Shown here piece after piece: positions 11,872-26,000 of a stretch of DNA of 64,000 bases. Made by a program: the position numbers and the translations under genes. Origin of the DNA: Marsupella aquatica (lineage: Eukaryota > Plantae > Marchantiophyta); contig OZ316891.1 in the NCBI GenBank assembly GCA_973895155.1, forward strand, positions 16,061,137 to 16,125,136. The letters are read 5' to 3'. A model generated the notes under the pieces. It had not been told where the DNA came from. It ran no database searches and saw only the letters and a list, made by a program, of their open reading frames with translations. Each line of letters starts with the position of its first letter. Position 1 is the stretch's first letter.

Positions 11872-12023
11872 AGTTTCATTGACTACAATAGATTGAGTGT
11901 TCTGATGACATTGTGAATGGTTGACTTGAGTCCTGACTTTTTCCATGTCTGTCCATTGTTGTATGACAGGTTCATGTACCTAATCCCTATCCCTTACTTT
12001 CACAGCCTGTATAACTGTCCATC

Positions 12024-13534
12024 ATGGCACACCTAGGCATGAGCTCTGTCAGATTGGTAGAAAAGGGTGAGGAGGGAGGAAAGCCTGATACACCAATCTG
12101 TGTCATGTCCTTCAAAGAAGGGCAAACTTTGGCAGATTTTTGTTTGAAATGTGTTGGTGCAGTAGAGTTTGACTTTGATTTTTGGGATGAGAGGTTGCCT
12201 GGTCGAGTCCGGCACTTTTCAGAGAAGACTATTGGGGTGACTGAACTTCAAAGAAAAATTTACTTGATTGCAGAGTTACCCTCAGTTGCCTTGCCTGCTG
12301 AGAGGGTCACTATTGGTTCCTCTCATTCATCTGTTGCCACTATGTCCAATGTGGCAGGCACGACTCCATTGTCTCAAGGACAAACACAAGGGGTGCCAGT
12401 ACAGGCTATTGTGCAGCCTATCACAAGCTCCTTTGAGTCTCACCTCATGTCTGAGGTTGCATCAAAGGCCTGGAATCGTGAGTGGTTGAAGCTGCCATCC
12501 TGGGTGAACCAGAAGGGCTTTGGTGAGCACAAGTGGAAAGTGCGAACGTGGGATGAGGGAGGGGAGTGTCAAGGTCATCTAGAATGCTTAGAGTGTAGGG
12601 AGACTTATGGGAATGCAACCAATTCACAGGTGCTCAAGTCCGTCGCAAATTGCTTTAGCAATTTCAAGACAAAGCACTTGACCAATCCTAAACACAAGGA
12701 GAATTGGTGTAAGCGAAGGGGTTTATCTAGAGCTTTGGTGACGGCTGCTGACACTATACAACAACCACTGTTTGATCATAGTATGCAAATAGGGGCTGGT
12801 GTGGAAATAGTGGGAAAGTTGAATGCAGAGGTAGGTGGGGTGGTAGAAGTGTTCTCTATCACACCATCTCCCACTGATCCAACATTTGCACAAAGGTCAT
12901 TCCTGTTTAAGGTCAGATGTACAGTCTGTGGCAAGCTACATACTGACATGTGCCCTAAGAAATCCAATGTGGAACACAATTTAAGGCAACACCTTGTCAG
13001 TTGGGATCATATGGATGCACTTGAGAATGTTGTCACCAGTACACAGGCTGCACTGAGGGCAGGGAAGAAGGGGAGACCAAGGAAGCCTGATGCTTGTGAT
13101 TTGTTTCCATCTCAAAATTCTATTATGAATTTCTTTAAAGAGGATAGCTCTGCTGCAAGGAGCAGTTCAGGCAGAGGTGGGTTGTATTCCTCCGTTGAGC
13201 CAAGTTTAAGTTTGCTTTGTTGGGGCCTGTGGGAGTCAGAGGTCAAGTGGACAGGGGATTCTATGGCTGTGAAGGGCATACTTGATGATCAAGAGGGAGG
13301 AAATGTCTAGGACTATGACCGTACCACCTGTGTTGAGGTTTTCAATGTAACTAGCCAATCAGTTGTTGGTATATAGGGTTGTTTAGGCACAAGCAATGTC
13401 ATAGGGTGTCCATTAATGGAGGTGGTTTTCAAAACCTCACTTGCACTCTATGTGATTCTATAAAATGCGAAGATGATTTTTGTGGCAGGGTGCACGGGGA
13501 AGCGGAAGCATTAGTGTAGAGAGGAGACAGGACT
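12024..13534 (+). pseudogene. P-like transposase, segment 1 (two C2H2-like Zn fingers)
   Basis: 428-aa ORF with CLEC...KHL...H and CTVC...NLRQHL...H. Decayed coding continues to the LTR insertion site and resumes at 33687. Confidence 0.65.
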
Positions 13535-13723
13535 TGTGACACCGCCGGTACGGTGGGTAATGAGTGATTTGGCCTAACGATGCTTAGCACGCATGTTAGG
13601 GGTATCTTAGGCCGTAATTATTAGCATAACGACAATATTTAGGTAGCCATTATGAGTAGGAAATGATTAGTCAATAAGGGGCATTCGTGTTCGGGCTGGC
13701 GGCGGGTCGCCATTTGCACGTCC

Positions 13724-14486
13724 AAGTACCTTTCCTTTAAATGTTTTTTACCATTTTTATTACTTTGAGGGGCCACGCAAACCCCATGGCCGGGGGGAAC
13801 AAAACAGAAAAACAACCACCATGGCAAGCACAGCAAATCGCCAACACACACCAATGCAAACGGTTTACCAGAAGCACCCATAACAAGTATCCTACCAGCT
13901 ATCTGGCGCAGTAGACCAACCTCACCCCCAAAATATACTTATCCTACAACAATCCAGCAGCCTAACCAGCCTACTATCCCACATTCAGTCAGTCTTGCTC
14001 TATCCTGATGTGATCCAGCAATCCCTACACCTCAACCATGTGAGCCTTTCTTCATTGATGATCTCTTTCACCCGTAACAGCCTAGTGCATCTGCTGCATG
14101 CCGGCAGTGTCAACCCAACCGCAATAACCTGATCCACCGCCTTCGAGAGAGTGAAGCGAATGTCAAATCTCCGGGCCCCGCCCTGCTTGAACATATGCTC
14201 ATTACGTCCCAACCAAATCATCCACAATATCTGGTATAAGACAAACATTTTAACAACCTTCCTATAATCCTTGCGCACCACATAATTAATCATCCCAAGC
14301 AACCCCCCAGAATAGTCCGCAAATATGCCCTCAAAGCTTAGAGAACAGAGCTGCCAACATCGCTGTGCATGTTGACAAGTCAAGAACAAATGTGGAATAT
14401 TCTCTAGTGTGCTTGGACACAGCTTGCACTCACCATTACCTTTACCAATTCTGGCTACCCTAACCCCCGTGAAGAGCCCAGATGTC
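13724..14486 (-). mobile_element. 5'-truncated LINE (L1-like ORF2 zf-RVT C-terminus and 3' UTR)
   Basis: CKLCPSTLENIPHLFLTCQHAQRCW...LWMIWLGRN. AATAAA and an A-rich 3' end on the minus strand. Flanked by a 120-bp direct repeat (13604-13723 / 14487-14606). Confidence 0.85.
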
Positions 14487-14890
14487 ATCTTAGGCCGTAA
14501 TTATTAGCATAACGACAGTATTTAGGTAGCCATTATGAGTAGGAAATCATTAGTCAATAAGGGGCGTTTGTGTTTGGGCTGGCGGCGGGTTGCCATTCGC
14601 ACGCCCGGGTTGCGGGCGTGTAATGGGCCCTCACCTTTCCCCCTCGGGTCCGTATAACAAACTTCGGGAGGCGGCCACTGACACGAGCTGACCCGGACCA
14701 GCGGAGTGGCCGGTACACTGCAAGCGTGAAAGGCTCAGCCTATAAGCGACGAGGAGGCGTTGGGCAATCGACAAGCTCTCAGGGTATAAAAAGGGGGCCG
14801 ATCCTTTGTAGTGCACCAGTTATTTAGTCCACTTGCTAGCTTTGACCCCAGTTCTCTCGCTTATCCTTAGTTGCCTTCTATCTCCTCTGA

Positions 14891-15386
14891 ATGTCGCACA
14901 CAATCCTTTCCAGTTCGGCCATACGATTCTGGACGCAATTCTTGTCTATCGAAGGGCACTTGGCCGACTCATTGAAACACGACAACCCACGCCGATACAA
15001 AATTGAACGCGAATATGAGAGAGCCATCCGCCTAGCAGGTTGCCACCACTATTTCCTTAACTTTGATTACCCGTCCCAGAGCGAGCTTTACCAATCCAAA
15101 GAGATATCAGGGTACTTCTTCAATGGAGGCAAATATATGTCTTCTGGGAGGCACTACTTCGGCTTCCGGACGAGGTCTTCAATATCCCGGGCACGATCGA
15201 CTTACAATGGCACCACTTTGACCACATCCCCGCTCGGGTCTAGGACATCATTAACAGTGAGTCCAGCACTACCCAGTCTACAAGGGTGTCTACAAGGGCA
15301 CCTGTAGAATTTCATGGCAACCGTATCATTGACTACCGGTGCCAGCCCAGCTGTGCCCGTGCTCGCACCAGCACCAGCTCAGGCTT

Positions 15387-15418
<32 letters not shown>

Positions 15419-15897
15419 CCTAGCCAAACCCTGCCACCAGTCGCCCCGCCCATACAGGTGAGATCCGTCATCAACGCCGTAGATCTGAGCGACGACAAAG
15501 AGGCTACGTTACCCCTGTTTAGGCGGCCCAGAGGAGCAAACACTCAGGGAGTCGGGACTACATCGCCCCCTCCCCAGGCTTGGACCCGAGTAGCGGCTCC
15601 AGCAGACAACACGGTGACCGTAGCCACCCCGGCCCCAATACTAACGACGGTGGCACTACCTATACCCAATCGAGAAGATGGGGAGGTGTCACCCTCCCCG
15701 AGCCAGTCTCGGGGAAAGAAGAGGAAGGAATCCGCAGTTGTATCGGGTTACCCATGGCCACGGTAGCCGCAGCCAAGGTGACAATGCACCGCATGGGGGA
15801 GAACGTGCATAAGAACATCCTCCACCCCAAACATGCGGTGTACTTGAAGACTCAGGGGTTTGAGCACCTCGCCTCTCTCCCCTGGAACACCTGCAGG
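14891..15897 (+). pseudogene. LTR-encoded ORF of solo LTR A, 5' part (resumes at 29808)
   Basis: MSHTILSSSAIRFWTQF...GFEHLASLPWNTCR, frameshifted; homologous to 35231-36260. TATAAAA at ~14785. Confidence 0.85.
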
Positions 15898-16139
15898 TAT
15901 GACATGGGTAACGTGTCACTTAACCGAACCCAGGTCGTAGATTAGGTTTTATACGGTCATAGGACCGTAGCCGTAGCGTAGAATAGCACGTATAACCGTC
16001 TATTGCCATTATGAATAGATTAGGAGTAGGTTTAAGTTGACCAAATGATTACAAATTTAGGAGGAGGATTATTACGCGCGACCGAGGTACGATGGCGGCG
16101 GTGGAGTCACTAGAAGAATCCGAGGTGAACTGAGACCGC

Positions 16140-16460
16140 AATATGTGACTCATTTTGGGTCATGTGACTTCATTGTGACTCAACGTGACTTGACCCACGC
16201 TGTGACCCTTGGAGTTGCAAAAGTTGAGACCAAAAAATGGAAGTCACTATTGATACTGGGCTTTGCAACTTGCTTGATACCCATTTGTGACTGATCTGTG
16301 ACTTTATTGTGGAGTCTAGCCTTGTTTCTACGTGACTGCAATATGACTTCAGCGAGTCACATAGTAAGTCACATACATGACTTACCCGCATTCAACAACG
16401 ACTAGCGTGTGACCATTTAGTATCACAGGAGAGACCAATGGAGACCCTGGCCCGTGTCAC
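16140..16460. repeat. CACTA subterminal (T/C)GTGAC(T/C) motif array
   Basis: More than 10 copies in both orientations next to the TIR, as expected for TnpA binding sites. Confidence 0.8.
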
Positions 16461-16961
16461 ACAACAGAACCATTTGGGACTCTATATACTCATGTTTATA
16501 ACTAATAAGGTTCACATGCAAGTTATAACCATGACTAATGAACACAGAGGGACAGTTCATAAGGAGAGAGAGCACTCCACATTACAATACATAGAAACTG
16601 ATGTTCTAACTTTAGAAATATAACACATTGAATACAAGAAATGAACATAGCATGAATGACATCCACATGAAACAAAGCATCATATAAGCAGATCCTACAT
16701 AAAACATTCATAAGAATTAAACACAATCACAATCTTGCTAAAAAATGAAGATCATTTGAATTCCAATGGAATAGTTTACAATGTGATCAATGTAATTCAG
16801 ACAAAATAGGAACTCATAATTGATGACTGCAGGATGAGATAACTGAAAGCACATGCATGATACTATGAATCTCCAAGAGGACATGATTCTTGTACTGCTT
16901 CTTGACATCTAAAATCTACATAACATGACTCACACTACAAACAAATAATGGCATGACATTG

Positions 16962-19900
16962 TTATGGATCCTCTATGAACTTGCTTGGCCATAATACCAA
17001 AGAACCTGCAGCATCTCCAAGTGTCTTTTGAGGAGGATCATCATTTGTGTTTGGAATGGGAAGGACAGCTTTAGGTTTCACTAGTAATGTGACTAACACT
17101 ACTGAATAACTTGGGGGAATCCTCTTGCCATGGAACGTTGTGGAACCAACCTGCACTCTGCCAAATCCTACTCGTGTTCCACTCTCATCAACAGCTAACA
17201 AGCCACTTTGTCCCTCAGCATTAAGTGCTTTCCCCACTTCCACTTTAGATCTTTTTGCCAGCACCGTTCTTGGAGGTTTGTATGAAACCTTTGACGTGGC
17301 TTTGCTCCCACCAGCAGACTTGCTTCGTGTGCGCATGCTTCCTCTCTTCACAGTAGTGAAGCTAGGCTCAGTAAGTTCCTCTGTTAGGACTGTCACAGTA
17401 GCAGGTTCATCACCTGGGAGTGTCATACCAACTAACTCTTTGGTTGGATTTATCTCAACAAGAGGCACACCTGTCATTGAGAATGATACATTCTGCAAAT
17501 CATTTATCTCTGCAATGGAGTCAAGATCTACATAGCATGAATCTGGCTCAATGGTATCATTGTCATGCTTGCTGATATCCTCATTTGCCCCAACATTGAT
17601 ATCATCCACTCCCTTGCCAATGTCATCCTCATCCAAACATGGTTGACTGCCCTCTGTCAAACAAGTTGCTTGTACAGACTGCAACTTTGTTGCCTCTAAA
17701 TTACAGCGAGTATTTGCCAGGTTCTCATATTTCTTCTCTGTAGCACCTGTCTTATTCTCTATGGACACAACAACCACAATATATGTTACTGAAAATAACA
17801 CATTCAACAAACAATGTCAATTCAAACTATACATTTAATAATCATATCCCACACAGTTGTAAAGGCCTTACCTTCAAGCCTACATGTCGTTGGCATGCCA
17901 AAAGAGTGCATCGACTTTGCCACCTCAAGTGGTGATGGTGGAACTCCTGCAGAATTGGAATCAATTTTATCTCTCACCGACACAACAGCTTCCATTAATG
18001 TCTTGAAGTTCACATGGAACAAGTCAATCAATGAATTCAAATGTTCATTGATCTCTGGAAGACATGTTTCGACAGCCTTCAAACGACCACTTATCTCTGT
18101 AAGTGAAGATCCACCTCCCTACATGACACATGGGTATAGGTTCAATCACTCCATATGAAATGTTGGGCAATATATGCACAATCAATGTTATATACAGTGT
18201 ACACCTAAAATTCAACGCAGGTCATTCAATTACCAATCAGAACTCATATAACTTACATGCTTGGAGGATTCAGATGCACCCTCTTGAGCTCGGGTGTTCA
18301 CAATTTTGGCCCTCAACTCTTCTTTTGAAGGGCTTTGCCCCAATTGGGTTTTCTGCACATGCATGGCAAACACAAGTTATCGATCAATATTCAGGGAACG
18401 TACACTAAAAAACAAAGTTTACATGTATGGGTTTACACTAAAAAATAGTACATAGTGTAGCATAAATTACATAGCTAGGCCATTCATTCTTACCAAACGT
18501 TTAGCTGTCGGTGTAGTGCCGGTCCTTCCTGTCAGATTAGGGTTCTGAACACTCAACCTGGCCTCGGTCATCTGTGAACTCTTCTTTTTTGAAGCATCTA
18601 TTACAAAATAAGCTACTAACCTTGCCCACACTTTATCATCACAACTGGCTGGTGGAGGCATATCTGGCTTCTCCCCACCTTCCTTCCAAGCCTTATGCAT
18701 TCTCCACCTCTCTTGCTTGATGATTTTACCTACTGTACTCTCTAGGCAACCTATGTCCACGCCATCATCACTGCCCACATAATTCCATTTGCCAGCAACA
18801 TTTTCACATACAGTCTTCCAATCTTTTAGATGTTGTTTTTTAAAATTAATAACACTCACATCTAACCAACGCAATACTTCAGCTTTCAAATCAGCATGCC
18901 ATCGGTTCTTGCGAGGACACTCAGCATCCACCCATTGTCTCTCATTCAACTTTACGTTCCCTTTCTTTGTCACCTCCCCTCGTGCACTGCTCTCGGTAGT
19001 ACTGGGCGTTGTATTGGCCACCCCTTCATTCACCCTACCTGGGGTTCTGAAGCCACCTGGGAAAATATAATGCCATTCATGCTTGAGAACTACATACAGC
19101 AGAATGGATGACAGCAACATTCAATGCTTCACTTCAAGAAAAATTCTTCAAACATACATACCTGTAGCTCTGCCTGTAGATGCCTGTGCAGGGACTGCAC
19201 TCTGAAATTGTTGCGACCCTGGACCACCTGTCCAGCCTAGTACAGGGGCCGAATGATGTCACTTTCTAGGTATGTGTGTGCAAACATATGTACTGAAAAC
19301 TAAGTACAAACTGTAGGAAAACAACTGAACATTCACCGACATACCTGTCCCCCTTCCGTGCTGCATCTGCATAGGGGCATTAGTGAATACTTGAGTCGAT
19401 GGTTCGACTGTCCAACCTGCACACATACATTTTCTATCATTATACATGTGCAAAATCCCCCCCCCCCACGTGAATGGACTCCAGATATAATGAGTTCTTC
19501 CATTGCTGACAAGATCAGACATTACTTGCCCCTCTTCCAGCGTTTGTAGGTACTGTATTTTGATATCCTTGCCAATTACCTTCACCACCTTCCCAACCTT
19601 GTTCATTCCACGACCCACCACCATCCTCCCAACCTGGTTCAACCCATGTTTGTCCTTGTGGACATTGGAACTGATCATTACTAGCATTTGCCCAATCAGG
19701 TTGGGCAGAATCTGCATGCAATGGTAGGTGGACAGAATTTCATGTTGTCTGAATCCAATACATCCCAAACAATGTCAAAAATTGATATGCAGTCTGAAAT
19801 TCAGGAGTGCCATGCCTTCACAAAGAACTGGCATATAGATATATACTCACATCCCCATGGTTGAGGTGGACGTCCAAACCCATGAGACTGTGGGTTTGGA

Positions 19901-20455
19901 CCTGCTCTGCCTCTACCATGGGCATAACCTAGAGCTTGCCCCCTGCCATAGTATTGGGCACCAGCCTGGGATCTACCACTACTACCACCTCGCCAACCTT
20001 GATCAAAGGTCAGCCCCCCCTGCTGGTATGGTGCATGCAAAGGCTTTGAAGGCAAAACAAAACTGGTAGGACGCTGCATCACATCACCAACTACAATGTC
20101 AAGAACTAAGCAAGGTACATATGTGTAGTACTGAACATATGAAACCTCCAAATAAGAGTTTTTAACTCAAACCTTGTTGGGAAAACTACTTACCTGTTTC
20201 TTTTGGGGCTGCTCTGCAATGTATTCATCTTCATAACCCCCATCCTCATCCATTTCCTCTGGAAAATACTCATCATCTGTATCTTTTTGTCTAGTGTCTG
20301 CACCCACCTGTGCAGCATCCATGTCATCTCCACATTCTGCCATTGTAGGTACCACCTTCTTGCTCAACCTTTCACTCCGACGCACACGCCCAGAGATAGT
20401 GTTGGACACCCTTCTTGCATACTCCTTTCGTTTCTTTGAAAATTCTGTGGTTCTG
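16962..20455 (-). CDS. Multi-exon TnpA-like gene (Ptta/En/Spm-type domain plus C-terminal En/Spm Tnp1-type domain); exon bounds approximate
   Basis: WARLVAYF...KKKSSQMTEAR...NLTGRTG (18467-19120) and VGFGRV...FHGKRIP..YSVVLV...LPIP...TLGDAAGSLVLWP (16962-17810), separated by GT-AG introns. Confidence 0.75.
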
Positions 20456-21044
20456 CAACATTCCAATATGAGAATACAATCACAATTTCAGTGCCACATT
20501 GAACTATTCATGTCACACAAACTCACTGCAGGATCATATTAGGATCCCCAGGAATCCTGCCATCTTGCATTGCATCATTCATTTGATCATCAAGCGACTG
20601 CGGTGATTCTTGTAGCAAGTGGCGAACCTCCTCTCTTTTTCTGCATCAACAATGTTTTAGTCAGGCACCAAAACGCATTGACTCCGATTCAAGACTGTAC
20701 ACGTATCGGATGTGATTGCAAAGACACCCTTTGGCCAAATGCTGATGGTCAAGAGAAAACCATCTGCACTAAGAGCTGAATAGTCAAGCATATGGAAGCC
20801 CCCAAATTCCGAAACGACAAGACCCATGGGGGGCGAAGAATTTACAAAGCCGGCATGGAAGTAAAAGATTTCAGACAGATAAGATATCTGAAGGAGAACT
20901 CTTTGGGAGAAACAATTACATCCATCGTAAAATACACCAAGATTGAAGAAAAACAAGCTGAATAGGCAGATTACAGGAATGTAAAAATTCACATCAGAAA
21001 AGGAATAATATGAGGCTGGCTATAACAACCAAAATAAGATCTCC

Positions 21045-21308
21045 TGACCTCCAGAAGTCAAGGGATTAGCATTTTGGGCCACATTTTCCTTTAGAAATAT
21101 CTACAGCTTGGTTATACACTACATTAGTGTGCGTACAACTTTGTAGACAGGTGACCTCCAGAAGTCAAGGGATTAGCATTTGGGCCACATTTTCCTTTAG
21201 AAATATCTACAGCTTGGTTATACACTACATTAGTGTGCGTACAACTTGGTTATACACTACATTAGTGTGCGTACAACTTGGTTATACACTACATTATTGT
21301 GCATACAG
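21045..21308. repeat. ~107-bp duplication followed by a 32-bp tandem unit
   Basis: TGACCTCCAGAAG... starts at 21045 and 21152; CTTGGTTATACACTACATTAGTGTGCGTACAA x3 at 21213-21308. Confidence 0.92.
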
Positions 21309-22104
21309 CTAGACCGGTTTGTCAATCCTACGAATGCTTTGAAGCTTCATGCCTTCCACTACTTCTAGGAGACTCCTGCAACTTCCACCATCCTGTTGAG
21401 CATCGTGTTCGGCAAGGACCGCATTTGTTGTCTGAAATTTTTGCAGAATTGCACAACAAGACCAACCTGTGATGGCAAAAGGGCTGTGTGCGCGAAGAGT
21501 GTCTAAGTAGGGCACGTTCTTTTCTTCGTCAACCACAGCACCAGGTGGTCCACCATCACTGTACAACATTCTGGTGGCCCTTGGATCATACAGTTCTGGG
21601 TATAGTTATGGTCGCATGCAAAGATCTTGGACCCCTGGCGTTGAAAGAGAGAGTGAGAGAGATCCGATTGCGCCCTTACGGCATTCTTTCATTTCATTCC
21701 TTCGGTGCCTAATCGATTATCCCACTGCCGCCCACCCATCAACGTGACACCAATAATTTTCTCACATCATTGCTGCACTGATTCACAACACTATGCTATA
21801 ACTACAGAGGGGGAGACGACAGACGGAAGCAATCAAGAGCACCTGGGGGACCGTGGTGTCTCTCTCACCATAGTAACCGAGCTTCCAATCCTGCAGCGTG
21901 TTTGGACAAATATACTAAACAGAGGTAGTCATGTTTTCATTAATTTGGATGAAAAGGCTCTAGAGCAGCAACCACATAAGATTAACGGAGCGTCTTCATT
22001 GTAAAGATTCTTTCCGTCCTCCAACATAGCATTCATCTATACGTTAAAGAAGAAAGAACAACGAGAATTTCAGTGAGGTGAAATAGGAGGACAAGGATCC
22101 ATAG

Positions 22105-22450
22105 GCAAGTTTGCAAAGGCCTTTGCCACCGTCACACCATCCTTCTTAACTTCACGATAACCAAAACTTTGCTCTGTACCACATTTCGACCTTGGAAAAG
22201 AGTTACAGATTCACAAAGCAATGAGTGATTGGTACAAGGATGTCACGCACCTACGACACACCTAGACATAATTTTATGAGGGACGGACAATAATTACGTT
22301 AAGCAGATGTCTTCTACACCTTTGGGCCCATGGTAACCTTCTCAGCATTCGGTAATTCATCAACACCTTGGAGTGTAAGAGCCCTCGAATTGCCTCGACT
22401 CCAAACCTGGTATCCTTCGATCCATAAATTTGCACCAGTTTCGACCTGCT
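22105..22450 (-). pseudogene. HSP60: Captured, decayed mitochondrial chaperonin-60 exons
   Basis: YGSKDTRFGVEA / RALTLQGVDELPNAEKVTMGPK [intron ~22192-22319] GRNVV / EQSFGYREVKKDGVTVAKAF matches the GroEL/Cpn60 N-terminus, with frameshifts. Confidence 0.85.
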
Positions 22451-22924
22451 GCATTCTCAACTCCGAATCAGACCAACACAAGAGCATCTGTCTGGTAACT
22501 GCGTTAAGGACAAACGCTCAGGGTCAATTGCTACGATCTAAAAACATAGTACAGATGGACGGAGAGTTACAATTCACCTCCAATGCTGTAATTCGAGAGT
22601 ACGAGGTTGTGAACACTACTTCTTCACATGCTTCCTAGTTAGTATAGTACGACTATGTCTGCTAGCGACTCTACAATCTGCCGGATGGATAAAATCTACC
22701 GGCAGTGGATGGAATCTTTGGAATTGGGAACTGAATAGTCGAATCTATCCAGGACCAATTCAATAGTGAACTATTTGGACAGGAGGGTCCGTAGTGCACA
22801 TAGATACTGGAGTAACCTCACTTCTCATCGCACTGTTGAACGAATCAAGAAGCATAAAATTGCCAACTTCAAGAGAAAAAACACACGACCTACTTCATGG
22901 TTGACTGAAAGAAAAGCCACCCAC

Positions 22925-23037
22925 CTGCCTGGCCGCAATTTGAGTGTAGCGGAGAAATTTGTGAATGTTCCTGTACTCTCTGGAGACAAGGATTCACCTC
23001 GCGTCCAATTATCAAACGACCCCATCACTGTGACGTC
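22925..23037 (-). pseudogene. PTST1: Captured CBM48 exon of a PTST1-like (PROTEIN TARGETING TO STARCH) gene
   Basis: AG|DVTVMGSFDNWTRGESLSPESTGTFTNFSATLKLRPGR|GT resembles the PTST1 CBM48 exon. Possible decayed upstream exons (NVKTEL ~23535) extend toward ~24560. Confidence 0.75.
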
Positions 23038-26000
23038 CTGGCAAACAAAAGCATTAGTATAGAGAAGGAAAAGAACGACAACAAAAACCAAGATCAGATC
23101 TAATTTCAACAGGGAACCTATCAAATACTACTCAATACAATAAGGGCCAACTCGCATGTGTGCGTCCTCAAAAATGCGGCCCTTGGCCTACGCAAAAAAC
23201 AACCCTTGATCATCAGAAGCAAGCAAGGCATGCGATGGATCAAGAAGTCAATGCAGTTGCCCCCGGTGAATTTCTGTGATTCCCTCCGCCCTCGTGCACT
23301 TCATTGTGGTTGCGCCCCATAGTTAAATTATTGTTGAGAAAACTGTTGCATGCCAATCTGAAGAACACGAAAACAATTTTGCCTCTGCAGCTCTTTACGA
23401 GTAGTCATTCTGAGCTGGGACAGGGCAGAAAGGACACGCAAACACATTGTCGTCATTCGTTAATGCCAGGATCTCATATTCGAGGTAAGGTAAATACAGA
23501 GTGTTCATGCATGAACCTGCATCTTGGCAGCTCAGTCTTGACATTGTACTTGACAATCGGACGTCTTAGAGAATTGAGATATCTCTTAGGACAATTGAAA
23601 CTCAGGCACTCTCTTCAGTACTATCGAATCCAAGATGCGAAAATGGATACTGAGATGGCAGCTCAAAGCAGCTTTGAAGCAACATAAAAAACCTTGGGAT
23701 AAGGCTACCACCGGAGGACCCCAGGTTCTGGATAGTCACTTCCAGAAAGCAAGTGGGTTCCAAGATCATGGAACGCCGTTGTGTGGAAGCCTACACACAT
23801 GTGTTCGCTATCACCCAAGGCAAAGCCAAAGGATCTTGCTTGAAACTCTTTCTCAAGATGTTCAAAATCATTGTTCTCTGCCACGGGTGACTCTTCAGAG
23901 CCCTGAAATTATTCGATAGTCACGCCTACTACGATTACCGCCTCATCAGTGAGCTAGAAGCAAATCTTTTGCAAGATGAAGCAGGCCGAGGAAGGATCAG
24001 CAACTTAGTTGGAGAATCGGAAACTCCAGCTATAAAACACATATTCCCGGATGATCGCTACACCAGCGAACGTTCACAAACACGTCCTAAAGTATCACAA
24101 TATTGTCACCAATCCTCACTTCCTTATAGAATACAACGATTTCTCCGTGGATTATTTGGTGCACAGTGACACGAGGGGAAGAAATGATGAAGAAGCAAAA
24201 TATGTTTTCAAAGGCATAACTCTATAAATCCAAGCTCCCAGTTCGCAAATCCATCTTATTCCACTACGTACCATGACCAAAATCTCATACCCTAAAAAGA
24301 TGCCCTGCAGCTCCCATACACTACTTTGTCCCAAAATACAGATCCCGGCTCTTACACAAACCTCAAGAAAAGATAAACCCAGGACCTGATCACCTCTTCC
24401 GCTTACTACGACCGTGTCCCAGCAGGGATTCCAAAGACGAAGACAAAAGAAAATGCACTACAAGATGGGGTGAATAATCGACTGACAGCCAAGAATAGAA
24501 GAGCAAACGAAGAAAACCCACCTTGCAACACTCACAAAATGCTGTCGCAGGCTCTGCATTGTCGCAGCCCGCTGACTGCCCGTATCATGAATTGCGCATG
24601 AAGCACTACTGTAAAACTGCAAAACCAGCAACTTAACTCGGACGACAGGCTGAATGACAGTTACTTTCCAAAGCTCTCGTTGTCTTTGCACGCCCTCACA
24701 CCACTCAACTGTTGAAGGGCCACGCAGCAAAAACCTACTTTTCCATAGCGATTGAAGCTCATAGTCTAATGCTTTAATCTACGTCCTAAGTGAAAGTTTG
24801 CAAATCGAGCAAGGTGACCCTGTTTGAATATTGGCGACCATCAGGCTCCACCCCTCCTTTCTCGCTACCATTCCCCCATGTGATGGTTAAGCTTCTCAGG
24901 ACACAATCAATCGCACAAATGTAGCTTAAAGCAGGACCTCACTAAGCACACTATCGGTTAGGACCTTACAGACATAGAGGTGACATAGAGATAGATAGGT
25001 CAATGCAACCTTACTTGGGCCGATGCAGCATGTCTCTTGACAATGTGAAGCAGCGCAGCATTCCTCCGCCTAGCTCGCAGTGATCCTCCGCCTTGCTTGC
25101 AGTAACCAGCCTCCGCCTACCTAGCTTGCACTGTCACGGCTGCAACTTTTTGTGCAATGACTTGGCCCTCCTGCCAACTGTGAGCTCCCAAAAGTATGTC
25201 GAGCAGATGTACACTCAAGCTCGACCTCGCAGAGCTCAACTCCAAGTCGGCAGCTCTCACTTGAAACTCAATAGCAGCTTAGCTCACCAGCAGGTTGAAA
25301 AGCGACAATGGACTCCCCTCAAAACTGATTGGCAGACCTCCACACTGACGCTCGTAGCAGGCCAATCCTAAACACATTTGCACCCTAAAGTCCAATCGCG
25401 CTCAAACACTTTCATTGCCCCCTACAGGAAGTTCGCGAAGAGTGCAGCTGGAATGAAGGTCGTCGACTCCCAATTTCCCTCGCAAAACCAACCTCCGCGG
25501 CACACTGACCCTGAACACTTAGGGCAAGTAGTACGTGCCCCAATTTCTCTCGCAAAACCAACCTCCAAGGTACACTGACCCTGAGGGAAAGTAGTACCCC
25601 TCACATGTGGGCAGCTATCGAGTGACTTAGCAAACAGGTTGGTTTGGACATAAAAGAACAAATGCAAATGACTTAGCAAAAAATTCAATGTGGGGAGAGT
25701 GCATTTTGGTCAAGAACAAGGCCAAATATAGTCAGGTATGACCCCACATTATAAGTGAAAGTACCCACCATTTTGATGAAAACCCCCATATTTATACCCA
25801 TTTAGATTTGGACTTATTGAACCATGAGTGTGCAATATGTAGTTGCACCGGGAGTTGCACATTAGGGATTGGCATCCGAAATTGGCTAATGGGGTATGCA
25901 TGCTGACGGAATTTTTAAAAATGATGTCCAATGCACTATTGTGGAGTAACTAACATAACTTACCTATTTCTTACTTACCAGTGTTACAATAGCGACATTG

